A DNA stretch of 64,000 bases from Dehalococcoidia bacterium (lineage in GTDB: Bacteria; Chloroflexota; Dehalococcoidia; SpSt-223): assembly GCA_046328265.1 (NCBI GenBank), contig JAXLWW010000001.1, positions 116,552-180,551 of the forward strand, written 5' to 3'. Positions 1-10,199 of this stretch are shown piece after piece. The notes beneath the pieces were generated by a model. It was not told the DNA's origin, did not search any database, and was given only the letters and a program-made list of their open reading frames with translations. A program made the translations under genes and the position numbers. Each line of letters opens with the position of its first letter. The stretch's first letter is position 1.

Positions 1-926
1 TGGCCGGTTGAGGGCGACGATGCCACCATAGGCCGAAACCATGTCGCCTTCGAAGGCGCGGACGTAAGCCTCGGCGAGGGTTGGACGAGCGGCCAGTCCG
101 CACGGGTTGGTGTGCTTGATGATGGCGACGGTTGGCGGAAGGAAATCCGCGACCGCGCCCAACGCCGCGTCGGCGTCGAGCAGATTGTTGAAGGAAAGCT
201 CTGCGCCGTGGAGTTGCTTCGCGGCGGCGATCCGCAGACCGCCGGGCGCGGGCGTGAGTTCGCGATAGAACGCGGCCTGCTGATGCGGGTTTTCTCCGTA
301 CCGCAGGTCGCGCACCTTGTCGAGGGCGATCGTAAGCTGCTGGGGGAACGCCTCCTGACCGGCGCGCAAGAATTGGGCGATGACCGTGTCGTAGGAAGCA
401 GTGTGCTGGAACGCCTTGGCCGCGAGGCGCCGTCGCTCGACCTGGTCGATGCCGCCGGCGCGCAGACCGGCCAGGATCGCGTCATAGTCGGCGGGGTCGC
501 ACACGACGATCACGCTCGGGTGGTTCTTAGCGGCGGCTCGGATCATCGTCGGCCCGCCAATGTCGATATTCTCGAGGGCGTCGGTGAGGGTGACGTCGGG
601 CTTGGCGACGGTTTCGGCAAAGGGATAAAGGTTGACGCAGACGAGGTCGATCGGCTCGATCGCGTGGCGGGCGATCTCTTCGAGGTCGTCGGGGCGGTCG
701 CGCCGGACGAGCAGGCCGCCGTGCACTTTGGGATGGAGGGTCTTGACCCGCCCTTCGAGGATTTCCGGAAAGCCGGTCAGTTCGTCGATCGAGTGGACGG
801 CAAGACCGGCGTCGGCGAGTGCCCGCTTGGTGCCGCCAGTGGAATAAAGATCGAAGCCAAGCGCTTGCAGGCCGCTGCCGAACTCGGCAAGTCCCTGCTT
901 GTTCGAGACGCTCAAGATCGCGCGCA
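1..926 (-). CDS. purH: Bifunctional AICAR transformylase/IMP cyclohydrolase PurH, N-terminal ~308 codons (gene continues beyond the window start)
   Basis: Minus-strand translation from GTG at 926 gives VRAILSVSNKQGLAEF...GENPHQQAAFY...FNNLLDADAA...IKHTNPCG, typical PurH MGS-like and AICARFT domains. GGAGG RBS 8 nt upstream. The plus-strand ORF 112-978 is its antisense shadow. Confidence 0.85.
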
Positions 927-946
927 CGATTGTTCCTCCGAGCCGG

Positions 947-1555
947 TTAGGGGTCGATCCGGACGCGCCGCCCACTGACCGTTAACCTCCCGGCAGCGAG
1001 CAGGCGGACGGCTTCGGGCAGCAGGCGATGCTCCTCGGCGAGGATGCGAGCGCTCAGGGTCTCGACGGTGTCATCGTCGGTCACCGGGACGGCCGCCTGC
1101 AAGACGATCGGGCCGGCATCGACCTCGTCGGTGACGAAATGGACACTGCAGCCGGCGATCTTGACGCCATAGTCGAGGGCGTCGGCCTGAGCCTGGAGTC
1201 CGCCGGCAAAGGCCGGCAGGAGCGATGGGTGGACGTTAAGGATCCGCCCCTGGTAGCGCCGAACCACCTCGGGGTGGAGGATGCGGTCGAAGCCAGCCAG
1301 CACGACGATTTCGACGCCGTGGGCATCGAGCGCCGCGCCGATCGCCTGGTGCTGGGCAGTACGGCTGGGGAAGGCGTCGCGCTCGCAGACGACGGATGGG
1401 ATACCGGCAGCCCTGGCGCGATCGAGCGCGGGAATTTCGGCGTGATTTGCAACGACAACGACCAGCGTCGCGCCCAACTCGTCGCGATCCCGAGCGTCGA
1501 TCAACGCCTGCAGGTTCGACCCGCGGCCGGAGACCAGAACGCCGACCCGGCTCAC
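947..1555 (-). CDS. purN: Phosphoribosylglycinamide formyltransferase
   Basis: VLVSGRGSNLQALIDA and a ...NVHPSLLP... motif, 202 aa. Start overlaps the purF stop by 1 nt. Confidence 0.9.
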   Translation of the reverse strand: MSRVGVLVSGRGSNLQALIDARDRDELGATLVVVVANHAEIPALDRARAAGIPSVVCERDAFPSRTAQHQAIGAALDAHGVEIVVLAGFDRILHPEVVRRYQGRILNVHPSLLPAFAGGLQAQADALDYGVKIAGCSVHFVTDEVDAGPIVLQAAVPVTDDDTVETLSARILAEEHRLLPEAVRLLAAGRLTVSGRRVRIDP

Positions 1556-2997
1556 TAGAGGACGGCGGCGACCGGGAAGGGTTGAGGCGCGACGTCTGGC
1601 TCGAGGGCGAGTTTGTCCATCTCAAGCTGGACTGGGATCGGATAATGGCCGGTGAAACAGGCGGTGCAAAAGTGCGAGGCCGGTCGCCCGACCGCCCGGT
1701 GGAGACCTTCGATGCTCAGGTAGCCGAGCGAATCGGCGCCGATCCATTCGCGGATCTCTTCGACGCTTTTGCGAGCGGCGATCAACTGGTCGCGGGTGGC
1801 GAGGTCGACGCCGAAGAAGCAGGGATGCTTGACCGGCGGGGCGCAGATGCGCATATGGACTTCGGTCGCCCCGGCTCGCCGCAGCAAGGCGACGACGTGG
1901 GGCGTGGTGGTGCCGCGAACGATGCTGTCATCGACGACGACGACGCGCTTGCCCTCAAGGACATGTGGCAGCGGGTTGAATTTCAAGCGAACGCCGGCAT
2001 CGCGAATGCGCTGGTCGGGCTGGATGAAGGTGCGGCCAACATAGCGGTTCTTGAGCAGTCCTTCGCGAAATGGGATGCCCGAGGCGCGGGCGTAGCCGAT
2101 ACCAGCGGCCGTCGCCGAGTCAGGGACGGCCATCACGAGGTCGGCGTCGACGGGATACTCATAGGCCAGTTCAGCGCCCATCTGCTCGCGAGCCAGATAG
2201 AGCAGCCGGTTGTCGATGACGCTATCGGGGCGGGCGAAGTAGATGAACTCGAAGATACAGGTCGCCTGGCGGTCGTCGAGCCGGCCGAGAAAGCTGGAGA
2301 TGCCGCCGCGATCGAGTTGGACGATTTCGCCCGGCATGACTTCGCGCAAGAAGCTTGCGCCGATGTGATCGAGAGCGCAGCTTTCGGAGGCGGCCACCCA
2401 GCCGTTGCCAAGCTGGCCGAGACAGAGCGGCCGGACACCAAGCGGGTCGCGCACGGCATAGACAGCGTCTCTGGTCAGCAACGTCAGACTGTAGGCGCCC
2501 GACAACCGGCCCATCGCCCGGCGGATCTTCTCTGGCCAGGTTGCGCCCGGCGACAGCGCGATCAGATGAGCGATCACCTCGGAATCGGTGGTGCTCTGGA
2601 ACTGCGCGCCACGGTCGATCAACTCTTCGCGCAGCGGTTGGGCGTTGACGACATTGCCGTTATGGGCGAGCGCCAACGGGCCGAGCGGCGACTGGACGAT
2701 CATCGGCTGAGCATTGACGAAGCGACTGGACCCGGTGGTCGAGTAGCGGTTATGGCCGATCGCGAGGTCGCCGTGGAGCAACGCCAGATGCTCCTCCTCG
2801 AAAACCTGGTTTACCAGCCCCATACCGACGTGCCGCTGGATCGCCCCCTGGCGGTCGGCGACGGCGATGCCGGAGCTTTCTTGACCACGATGCTGGAGGG
2901 CATAGAGCGCAAAAAAGGTGAGGCGGGCGACGTCCTCACCGGGGGCATAGATACCAAAGACGGCGCAGGCTTCGTGCAGATCGTCCATACGTTTCAA
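1555..2997 (-). CDS. purF: Amidophosphoribosyltransferase
   Basis: 480 aa. N-terminal CAVFGIY (Ntn amidotransferase Cys), PRTase domain and C-terminal Cys cluster. Confidence 0.9.
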   Translation of the reverse strand: MKRMDDLHEACAVFGIYAPGEDVARLTFFALYALQHRGQESSGIAVADRQGAIQRHVGMGLVNQVFEEEHLALLHGDLAIGHNRYSTTGSSRFVNAQPMIVQSPLGPLALAHNGNVVNAQPLREELIDRGAQFQSTTDSEVIAHLIALSPGATWPEKIRRAMGRLSGAYSLTLLTRDAVYAVRDPLGVRPLCLGQLGNGWVAASESCALDHIGASFLREVMPGEIVQLDRGGISSFLGRLDDRQATCIFEFIYFARPDSVIDNRLLYLAREQMGAELAYEYPVDADLVMAVPDSATAAGIGYARASGIPFREGLLKNRYVGRTFIQPDQRIRDAGVRLKFNPLPHVLEGKRVVVVDDSIVRGTTTPHVVALLRRAGATEVHMRICAPPVKHPCFFGVDLATRDQLIAARKSVEEIREWIGADSLGYLSIEGLHRAVGRPASHFCTACFTGHYPIPVQLEMDKLALEPDVAPQPFPVAAVL

Positions 2998-3110
2998 CCC
3001 TCACCCGGGGCGGGCCGAGTGTGATCTGGTCGCAATCCGCTGGTGCGCCGCCATGCGCGCTGGATCCGAACGGCCGACGTTGGCCGCATCCAAAGTATAT
3101 GGCGGGCTGA

Positions 3111-3135
3111 CGCTGACTGCAATTATAGCAGGCAA
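3111..3135 (-). promoter_or_regulatory. Candidate extended -10 promoter (TGnTATAAT on minus strand) about 115 nt upstream of purF
   Basis: Plus-strand ATTATAGCA at 3122-3130 is the reverse complement of TGCTATAAT. Sits in the purF/GT2 divergent intergenic region. Confidence 0.35.
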
Positions 3136-3217
3136 GCTGCCTCTTGGGAAGTCGGCAGGTTCCGGCTGTCTGCTACGATCTCGGCCGCGCCTCAAGGACC
3201 GAACCGGGAGCCGACCG

Positions 3218-4044
3218 TGTGGGACGGCAAGAGCATCAGTGTCATCTTCCCGACCTACAACGAGAAGGACTCGATACGCTCAGCGATCGAAGAGTTCTTC
3301 GCCTCCGGCGTGGTGGACGAGATCGTCGTCGTCAACAACAACGCTGCACCGGGCACCCATGAGGAAGTCGCCAAGACCCGAGCGCGCGAGGTATTCGAGC
3401 CGCGCCAGGGCTATGGCGCGGCGATCCAGCGTGGTCTTCGCGAGGCGACTGGCGACTACCTGATTATCTCGGAGCCGGACGGGACCTTCGACGGCCGCGA
3501 TGTCCTGAAACTGCTTGCCTACTCGCAAGATTTCGATGTGGTGTTCGGTACTCGGACGACCACCGCGTTGATCGGCGAAGGCGCAAACATGGGACTGTTC
3601 CTGAAATGGGGAAACTGGGCGGTCGCCAAGTTGCTTGAAGTGCTGTTCGATACCACCCATTTTTCGGATGTCGGCTGCACGATGCGGCTGATCAAACGCG
3701 AAGCGGTGGCGAAGATTGAAGACGGATTTCGCGTCGACGGGTCGCATTTTGGCGTCGAGATGATGCTCCTGACGATCAACCGTGGGTTGAGCTACATTGA
3801 GATCCCGGTCCACTACCGAGCCCGTGTCGGAGAGTCCTCGGTCACTGGCGACCCGGTCAAGACCGTCCAGCTTGGGACGCGGATGATCCTGTTCATACTC
3901 GCCTACCGGCTGCGGGTTGCGCGGCCGCCATCGGCGCGGCTGGCGGCACTGACACCGGTCGCACTGCTGGTCGCCCTGGCGCTCTCGTTCGAAGGGGCGC
4001 GCTGGATCAGCGGTATCGTCCGATCGATCAACAGCCGGGACTGA
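3218..4044 (+). CDS. Family 2 glycosyltransferase (dolichol-phosphate mannosyltransferase-like)
   Basis: ISVIFPTYNE...DEIVVVNNN...YLIISEPDGTFD matches the GT2 DXD architecture. Start set at the GTG at 3218, after a GGGAG; the track ORF begins at 3043 and its first 58 aa look non-coding. Confidence 0.75.
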
Positions 4045-4121
4045 TCGGCCGACGCGTTTGACTCCCTTTCAGGCCGTTCCGTAGCATACCGTGGTATCCC
4101 ATTCTGCACCTGGAACCGACG

Positions 4122-5036
4122 ATGGAACCTGCGACGACCAGCCCGATCCAGAGCATGGCGGTGTCCGAGGACGGACGCCGGTTGATCCCGGCGATCGACC
4201 CGGTAGTGAACCTCTGGACCGCCGCCGATTTCGGTGTCTTTCCGGACCATCTCAAGGACTTTTGGGAGCGGATCCGCCTCGGCGACCAGTTCCAAAATGG
4301 CGTCGAGATCGAGCAGATGCTCGAGATGATGGACCGGGCGAACATCGAACTGGGCTTCTTGCTGGCGGCGCGGGGCGGTGAATGGGAGATCACCTACAAG
4401 CGCGTTTACGATGTCTGCGAACGATATCCGGATCGGTTCCGGCCGATCGCGGGGGTGGACCCGAACCGCGGGATGGCCGGCGTCAAAGAGTTGGACCTTG
4501 CCGTCACCGAGTATGGCTTTATCGGAGCGCACCTCTATCCACATTGGTTCGGGATGGCGCCCGACCACGCGCTCTACTACCCCTATTATGCCAAGTGCGC
4601 TGAGCTTGAGGTTCCGATCCAAATCCAGGTTGGCCACTCGGCACAACGACGGATGCCGACCGTGGCGCGGCCGATGACGCTTGACTCGGTGGCGATCGCG
4701 ATGCCGGAACTGAAGCTGTTTCTGATCCATACCGGTTGGCCGTACATCGGCGAGTCGATCTCGGTCTCCTGGAAGCATGAGCACGTCTATCTCGGAACGG
4801 ACGCCCACGCGCCGCGCTACTGGGAGGCGGACTTCGTTCAGTTCATCAATACGCGCGGGCGCAAGAAGGTGATCTTCGGGACCGACTGGCCGATCATCGA
4901 TTTCGAGCGGGCGCGCCAGGAAGTGTTGGAGATCGGGATTCGCGACCGCAGTATGCCGTGGCTGATGCGCGAGAACTGCCGCCGACTGTACGACTTGTGG
5001 GAGATTCCGCCGACACCAGGTACTGAAGGGGAGTAA
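4122..5036 (+). CDS. Amidohydrolase-2 family (TIM-barrel metal-dependent hydrolase)
   Basis: 304 aa. LYPHWFG...HTGWPYIGE...FGTDWP are motifs typical of PF04909-like hydrolases. Confidence 0.7.
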   Translation: MEPATTSPIQSMAVSEDGRRLIPAIDPVVNLWTAADFGVFPDHLKDFWERIRLGDQFQNGVEIEQMLEMMDRANIELGFLLAARGGEWEITYKRVYDVCERYPDRFRPIAGVDPNRGMAGVKELDLAVTEYGFIGAHLYPHWFGMAPDHALYYPYYAKCAELEVPIQIQVGHSAQRRMPTVARPMTLDSVAIAMPELKLFLIHTGWPYIGESISVSWKHEHVYLGTDAHAPRYWEADFVQFINTRGRKKVIFGTDWPIIDFERARQEVLEIGIRDRSMPWLMRENCRRLYDLWEIPPTPGTEGE

Positions 5037-5039
5037 GGC

Positions 5040-6086
5040 GTGGCCGTCATCATCACGACCGACGTCGAACGGGCGGCGCGACGTACCGACAAGACCCTTC
5101 AGCTTGGCCAGGGCGATCTGGTCGGGCCACAGGCGAGGGATCTTGCCGCGCGGCTCGGTGTCCGGATCGCTGGCCCGGACGAACCGGTCGGTCCGCCAGT
5201 TGCCGAAGCGTCCATCCAGTCGGCGACCCCACTCAGTGCAGCAGTGCCGGCTCCGCCGAACCTGCCGCCGATCCTGCCGCCGGTCGTCGCGCTCGATCCG
5301 CTGCCAAACATCCCGCCGATCCGCGTCGAACCGGCGAGTGTCCCTCCGGCTGTGCCGCCAGCCGTGCCGCTGGAGCGCTACGGTGCGGGGATGGTGCTTG
5401 ACCGGGTCGAGACGGTAGGCCGCTTTCTGCCGGAGCCTGCCGCCCCGCCGCCGACGGTCACCTCGTTGGTCGCCATGCCGGAGCCGCCGCCACCGCTTGC
5501 GCCACCGCCTGCGCCGCGGATGCCAGAGGCTCGTCCGTCCGATGCACCAAGCGTCCAACGGATCCCGCTCGCCCGGCCGCTCTCGCCCGAGCCAGCCCGA
5601 ACCGCACCAGCCCCGCTGCCAGCAGTGGCTCCTCCCCCGCTGACGTCGGTGGAACCGCTTCCCGCCGCGTCGGCCCCCGCTGCCACGCAGAACCGCGCCA
5701 CGCTCTTTTCCTCGGGACGACCACCGTCCTGGCGGCAGCGTCGCCAGGTGGTGCGCGCCGGGGCGGCAGATTCTCAGCTTGGGATCATCCTTGGCCGCGT
5801 GGTCGGGTCACGCGAGGTGGCACGTGCCGCCGAGGCCGGAGTTCGGCTCGTCCGGATTGGGCCGGAGGCGTATGTCACTCGCTCGGCGCGCCATGCGGCT
5901 GCCCAACTCGGGGTGGTGCTCTATCCCGATACAAGCCTGATCGACGTTCGGGACCGGACGAAGGCAGGAGCGGTGGTCAACCCGATTTCACTTGAGCCGG
6001 CGATCACCCGTCAGGGGGCGGGGATGATGCATACAAGCGGAATTCCGATTGGCGGCGACCATCTGTCGGGAACGCTCGACGATTAA
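5040..6086 (+). CDS. Hypothetical protein: two copies of a ~36-aa motif flanking a long Pro/Ala-rich low-complexity segment
   Basis: GTG start 3 nt after the amidohydrolase stop, with a GAAGGGGAG RBS. N-terminal DVERAARRTDKTLQLGQGDLVGPQARDLAARLGVRI aligns with C-terminal EVARAAEAGVRLVRIGPEAYVTRSARHAAAQLGVVL. Middle segment is PP(A/V)xP repeats. High GC3. Confidence 0.6.
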   Translation: MAVIITTDVERAARRTDKTLQLGQGDLVGPQARDLAARLGVRIAGPDEPVGPPVAEASIQSATPLSAAVPAPPNLPPILPPVVALDPLPNIPPIRVEPASVPPAVPPAVPLERYGAGMVLDRVETVGRFLPEPAAPPPTVTSLVAMPEPPPPLAPPPAPRMPEARPSDAPSVQRIPLARPLSPEPARTAPAPLPAVAPPPLTSVEPLPAASAPAATQNRATLFSSGRPPSWRQRRQVVRAGAADSQLGIILGRVVGSREVARAAEAGVRLVRIGPEAYVTRSARHAAAQLGVVLYPDTSLIDVRDRTKAGAVVNPISLEPAITRQGAGMMHTSGIPIGGDHLSGTLDD

Positions 6087-6101
6087 GCCTTGGAGGCCGC
6101 G

Positions 6102-7661
6102 ATGAATCCACTCCTTCGACCGCAGGTGAACGTGCCGCTGAACATCGCCGATGGCCTCCGGGTGAGCACCTACCGCTCGCCGGACAAGCTGGCGGTCTTC
6201 CAGGGCGCTCAACGTCTCACCTATCGCGAGGTCGACGAGCGTGCAAACCGGGTCGGCAATGCGATGCGTGGTCTGGGCCTCCGACCGGGCGACCGGGTTG
6301 GGATCGTGCTGGCGAACATCCCGGAGTATATCGAGACCTGTTTTGGGCTGGCACGGGCGGGGTTCGTGATGGTGCCGATCAGCTTTCGGCTGGTCGGTCC
6401 AGAGATCGCCTATCACCTGAACGACTCGGGGGCACTCGCGTGCATCTACGCCGAGGACTACGACGGGGCGATCGAAGTGGCCCGGGCTGAGGCGAAGGGG
6501 GTGCGTCACTGGATCCGGATCGGGACAGGCAATGTGGCCGGTTCGCTGGCGTACGAAGAAGTGCTCGCCGACGCCGTGTCGACCGACACGTCTGTCTCGG
6601 TCGACGAGACGACACCGTTTTGCATCTACTACACCTCAGGAACAACCGGCCTGCCAAAGGGCGCCGTGGTGTCGCACCGCTCGCGCTCGCTCACCTTCTT
6701 CGCGATGGCCGCTGAATATGGCTGCTATTCGCCTGACGATGTCGCGCTCGGCACCGCACCGATCTACCATGGCGCCGGGATGGTCTTTTCGCTGGCAACC
6801 GTCTATTTTGGCGGGACGCTCTCGGTGATGAAGCATTTCCGTCCGGAGGAGTTGCTCCAGCGGATTGCTTCGGAAGGGATCACCAACGCGTTTATGGTTC
6901 CGACGATGTTCCACGGACTGTTCGGCCTGCCAGAGGAAACGAGGAAGAAGTACGACCTGAGTCACTTCCAGACCTGGATGTCGAACGCCGCGGCACTGCC
7001 TCAGGCCACCAAGGAATTGATTCTCGCCGAATGGCCGCACACCCGGCTGTTCGAGCTTTACGGCTCGACCGAAGGCGGGATTGTCACGACGTTGCGCCCG
7101 GAAGACCAACTGCGCAAGGTGCAATGCGTTGGCCATCCCTTCCCCTTGACCGAGGTGAAGTTGCTCGACGACGACGGCAACGAGGTCGGCAACAACACGG
7201 TGGGCGAGTTGTTCTCGCGTAGTCCCTACCTGTTCAATGGGTATTACAACAAGCCGGCCGAGACCCTCGCCGGGTTTAATGGCGAGTATTTCAGCGCCGG
7301 TGACCTTGCGGTGCGCGACGACGAAGGGCACATCTACATCGTCGACCGCAAGAAGGACATGGTTGTCTCGGGCGGGACGAATATCTACCCGCGCGAGGTC
7401 GAGGAAGTGCTGTTCCGTCACCCGAAGATCGCCGACGTGGCGGTTATCGGCGTGCCGGACGAGTATTGGGGCGAGGCGCTCAAGGCGATCGTGGTGCTGC
7501 GTCCGGGCGAGCAAGCGGGCGAGGAAGAAATCATCGCGTTCACCGAAGGGAAGCTCGCTCGCTTCAAGAAGCCGAAGAGCGTCGCGTTTATCGACGAGTT
7601 GCCGCGCAACTCGGCTCAGAAGGTCCTCAAGCGCCAGCTTCGGGAGCAGTTCCCAAACTGA
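6102..7661 (+). CDS. AMP-dependent acyl-CoA synthetase/ligase (fatty-acid-CoA ligase family)
   Basis: YTSGTTGLPKGAVVSHRS AMP-binding motif. GGAGG RBS 5 nt before the ATG at 6102; the track ORF starts at a TTG at 6090. Confidence 0.85.
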   Translation: MNPLLRPQVNVPLNIADGLRVSTYRSPDKLAVFQGAQRLTYREVDERANRVGNAMRGLGLRPGDRVGIVLANIPEYIETCFGLARAGFVMVPISFRLVGPEIAYHLNDSGALACIYAEDYDGAIEVARAEAKGVRHWIRIGTGNVAGSLAYEEVLADAVSTDTSVSVDETTPFCIYYTSGTTGLPKGAVVSHRSRSLTFFAMAAEYGCYSPDDVALGTAPIYHGAGMVFSLATVYFGGTLSVMKHFRPEELLQRIASEGITNAFMVPTMFHGLFGLPEETRKKYDLSHFQTWMSNAAALPQATKELILAEWPHTRLFELYGSTEGGIVTTLRPEDQLRKVQCVGHPFPLTEVKLLDDDGNEVGNNTVGELFSRSPYLFNGYYNKPAETLAGFNGEYFSAGDLAVRDDEGHIYIVDRKKDMVVSGGTNIYPREVEEVLFRHPKIADVAVIGVPDEYWGEALKAIVVLRPGEQAGEEEIIAFTEGKLARFKKPKSVAFIDELPRNSAQKVLKRQLREQFPN

Positions 7662-7713
7662 CCGGCAAGAACGCCGGCCTGCCCTCCGGAAGCCCTTCGG
7701 CTATGCTTGCCAA

Positions 7714-8433
7714 ATGAAACGCCTGGCGATCGCCCTCGCGACCGCGCTGTTTGTCGTCGCGCTGCCCCTCTTCTTCGCCGGCACGGCCGTGCGCTTTCTC
7801 TTCTCCTGGGCGCCGCTCTATGAATACGGCTTCGACCGATACGGCGTGGCCAACTACACCGGCATCGAACGGCCTGACCTTACTCGCGCCGCCGCTGCGC
7901 TCGTCGCCTACTTCAACAACGAGGAGCAGACGGTCAACCTGACAGTCACCCAGCGTGGGGTTCGGCGCGAGTTGTTCACCGAGCGCGAAGTGCTGCACAT
8001 GGTCGACGTCAAGGCCCTCGTGCGACTGTTCTACCGGGTCCAGGAGGGAGCCGCGCTTTATCTCGTCGGATTTGTCGCGGTCGTCGTCCTTCGCGATCGA
8101 GCCAATGCCGCCCGGCGGATCGGTTCCGGCTTGATGTGGGGCAGCGCGATCACCTTTGCCCTGCTGGTGGCGCTTGGTGCGCTCTCGTTTGCTGACTTCG
8201 AGACGCTGTTCTTACAGTTTCACCAACTCAGCTTCCAGGCAAACGACTACTGGCTGCTCGACCCGCGGATCCACAATCTGATCGCGATGTTCCCCGCGCC
8301 GTTCTGGCTGGATTCGACGATCCTTCTCGTGCTGATCGTGGCAGCCCAGGCAGCAATGGCCTTTGTCGTTGGCTGGCAGGTACGGCGCTTTCTCGGCGCA
8401 AGGGCGGCGGTTGCGCCGGTGGGGTCTAGTTGA
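7714..8433 (+). CDS. Integral membrane protein (DUF1461/TIGR01906-like)
   Basis: MKRLAIALATALFVVALPLFFAG... with several TM segments and NLTVTQRG...LHMVDVK motifs. The track ORF 7237-8433 includes an antisense N-terminal extension overlapping the acyl-CoA ligase gene. Confidence 0.65.
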   Translation: MKRLAIALATALFVVALPLFFAGTAVRFLFSWAPLYEYGFDRYGVANYTGIERPDLTRAAAALVAYFNNEEQTVNLTVTQRGVRRELFTEREVLHMVDVKALVRLFYRVQEGAALYLVGFVAVVVLRDRANAARRIGSGLMWGSAITFALLVALGALSFADFETLFLQFHQLSFQANDYWLLDPRIHNLIAMFPAPFWLDSTILLVLIVAAQAAMAFVVGWQVRRFLGARAAVAPVGSS

Positions 8434-8677
8434 GCGATGCGCCGCAGCCGCAGCTTCCGCCGCAGCAACCACCGCCCGCGCTCGGCGCATCGCCCTCGCC
8501 AAAGGATTCGAAGGATGACGCACCGTCGCCGCGAGCGATGGTCGCAAAGAGCGAAAGCACCCGCTTCGATTCGCTGCCGCAACTCGGACAGGCGATCGGC
8601 TCGTCCATCTGGCTCATCGACCGCAACGACTGGAACACCGTCCGCTCGTCCGCACAACGATACTCATAGATGGGCAT
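8426..8677 (-). CDS. FmdB-family zinc-ribbon protein with Gly/Cys-rich C-terminal tail
   Basis: MPIYEYRCADERTVFQSL...IACPSCGS is the CxxC...CxxC zinc ribbon (PF09723/TIGR02605-like). Tail is ...SAGGGCCGGSCGCGASLN. Start at the internal Met; the track ORF begins 16 codons upstream. Confidence 0.7.
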   Translation of the reverse strand: MPIYEYRCADERTVFQSLRSMSQMDEPIACPSCGSESKRVLSLFATIARGDGASSFESFGEGDAPSAGGGCCGGSCGCGASLN

Positions 8678-8749
8678 GACGTCACTCCGCCGCCGGCTTG
8701 CAGACCGGCGAGATTTCCGGCTCAATCATAACGGCTCGGAGGAAGATCG

Positions 8750-10192
8750 GTGCGAGATCTGGCGAGACGCGCACTTGATACCGCGACTGGTCGCGGCGCG
8801 ACCTATGCTGACGTCCGGGTGGTCGACCTGCGCAGCGAAGGAATAGCCGTCAAGAATGGACGGGTCGAGGCGATCCGCGCCGACGAGAGCCAGGGATTTG
8901 GTGTCCGGGTGCTGGTCGATGGAGCCTGGGGTTTCGCCAGTTCGGCGCTCCTCACCGGCCAGGAAGCCGACCGCATTGCGGCCCAGGCGGTCGCAATCGC
9001 CCGCGCGTCGGCGCTCGTCCGGCGTCATCCGGTCGAACTTGGTCCGCCGGTTCCGACCCGTGGCCGCTACGTCACGCCGGTGGCACGCGACCCGTTTGCC
9101 ATCTCCTTCGAAGAGCGGATCGCCCTCCTGCTGGAGGCCGACCGGGCGATGAGGCGCCAGAAGTCCATCGTCGTCGCCGAAGGGCGGATCGGTTGTGAAC
9201 GGCAGCAGAAACTCTTTCTGAGCAGCGAGGGCGCCGACGTCGAGCAGGAATTGACCGAGACCGGTGTCGGCATCGAATGCACCGCTCGCGGTGAGGACGA
9301 GACCCAGACCCGCTCCTACCCCAACAGCTTCGGCCTCCACATGGGCACCGAAGGATGGGAGTTCGTCGAGCGTCAGGCAATCACCGCCAACGCCGAGCGT
9401 ATCGCCGGTGAGGCCGACGCGCTGCTATCGGCAAAGCAATGCCCGGGCGGGGTGACGACAGTCATCCTCGACTCGTCCCAGACCGCCTTGCAAGTTCACG
9501 AGAGTTGTGGCCATCCAATCGAACTCGACCGCGTCTGGGGCAGCGAAGCCGCCTATGCTGGTACCAGCTTTCTGACCACCGACAAACTCGGCGCGTTCGA
9601 CTACGGGTCGGGGGAGGTGACAATCGTGGCCGATGCGACCGTCCCCGGCGGACTGGGAACCTTCGGCTACGACGACGAGGGCGTCCCGGCGCAGCGAACG
9701 CCGATCGTCGATCGCGGGCGCTTCGTCGGCTACCTCACCTCGCGCGAGACGGCAGCGCGGCTGGGCCAGAGCAGCAACGGAACGATGCGCGCCGAAGGGT
9801 GGAACCGCCTGCCGCTGATCCGGATGACCAACATCAATCTGGAGCCGGGAGACTGGACACTCGAGGATTTGATCGCCGACACCGATGATGGCATCTTCCT
9901 TCAGACCAATCGCTCGTGGAGCATCGACGACCGGCGGCTGAACTTCCAGTTTGGGACCGAGATCGCCTGGGAGATCACAGGTGGCAAGCGTGGCGCACTC
10001 CTCAAGAACGCCACCTATTCGGGTATCACACCGCGCTTCTGGGGCGGCTGCGACGCGGTCTGCAATCGCGATGAGTGGACGATCTGGGGCATCCCCAACT
10101 GTGGCAAAGGGCAGCCGCCCCAGACGATGCACGTCGGTCACGGCGCGGCGGCGGCGCGCTTTCGAAACGTCCAAGTCGGCTTGATGCGCTAA
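8750..10192 (+). CDS. tldD: Metalloprotease TldD
   Basis: 480 aa with the HESCGH metal motif (VHESCGHPIELD). GTG start preceded by GGAGG. Confidence 0.85.
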   Translation: MRDLARRALDTATGRGATYADVRVVDLRSEGIAVKNGRVEAIRADESQGFGVRVLVDGAWGFASSALLTGQEADRIAAQAVAIARASALVRRHPVELGPPVPTRGRYVTPVARDPFAISFEERIALLLEADRAMRRQKSIVVAEGRIGCERQQKLFLSSEGADVEQELTETGVGIECTARGEDETQTRSYPNSFGLHMGTEGWEFVERQAITANAERIAGEADALLSAKQCPGGVTTVILDSSQTALQVHESCGHPIELDRVWGSEAAYAGTSFLTTDKLGAFDYGSGEVTIVADATVPGGLGTFGYDDEGVPAQRTPIVDRGRFVGYLTSRETAARLGQSSNGTMRAEGWNRLPLIRMTNINLEPGDWTLEDLIADTDDGIFLQTNRSWSIDDRRLNFQFGTEIAWEITGGKRGALLKNATYSGITPRFWGGCDAVCNRDEWTIWGIPNCGKGQPPQTMHVGHGAAAARFRNVQVGLMR

Positions 10193-10199
10193 AGGGGCA

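Noticed and set aside
112-978. 288-aa plus-strand ORF at the window start
   Set aside because: It is the antisense shadow of purH, whose minus-strand translation gives a clean PurH N-terminus. The plus-frame protein has no recognisable motifs.
7237-7713. N-terminal 159 codons of the 398-aa ORF 7237-8433
   Set aside because: This part overlaps the acyl-CoA synthetase in another frame and is Arg/Ser-rich with no hydrophobic segments. The membrane protein starts at MKRLAIALA (7714).
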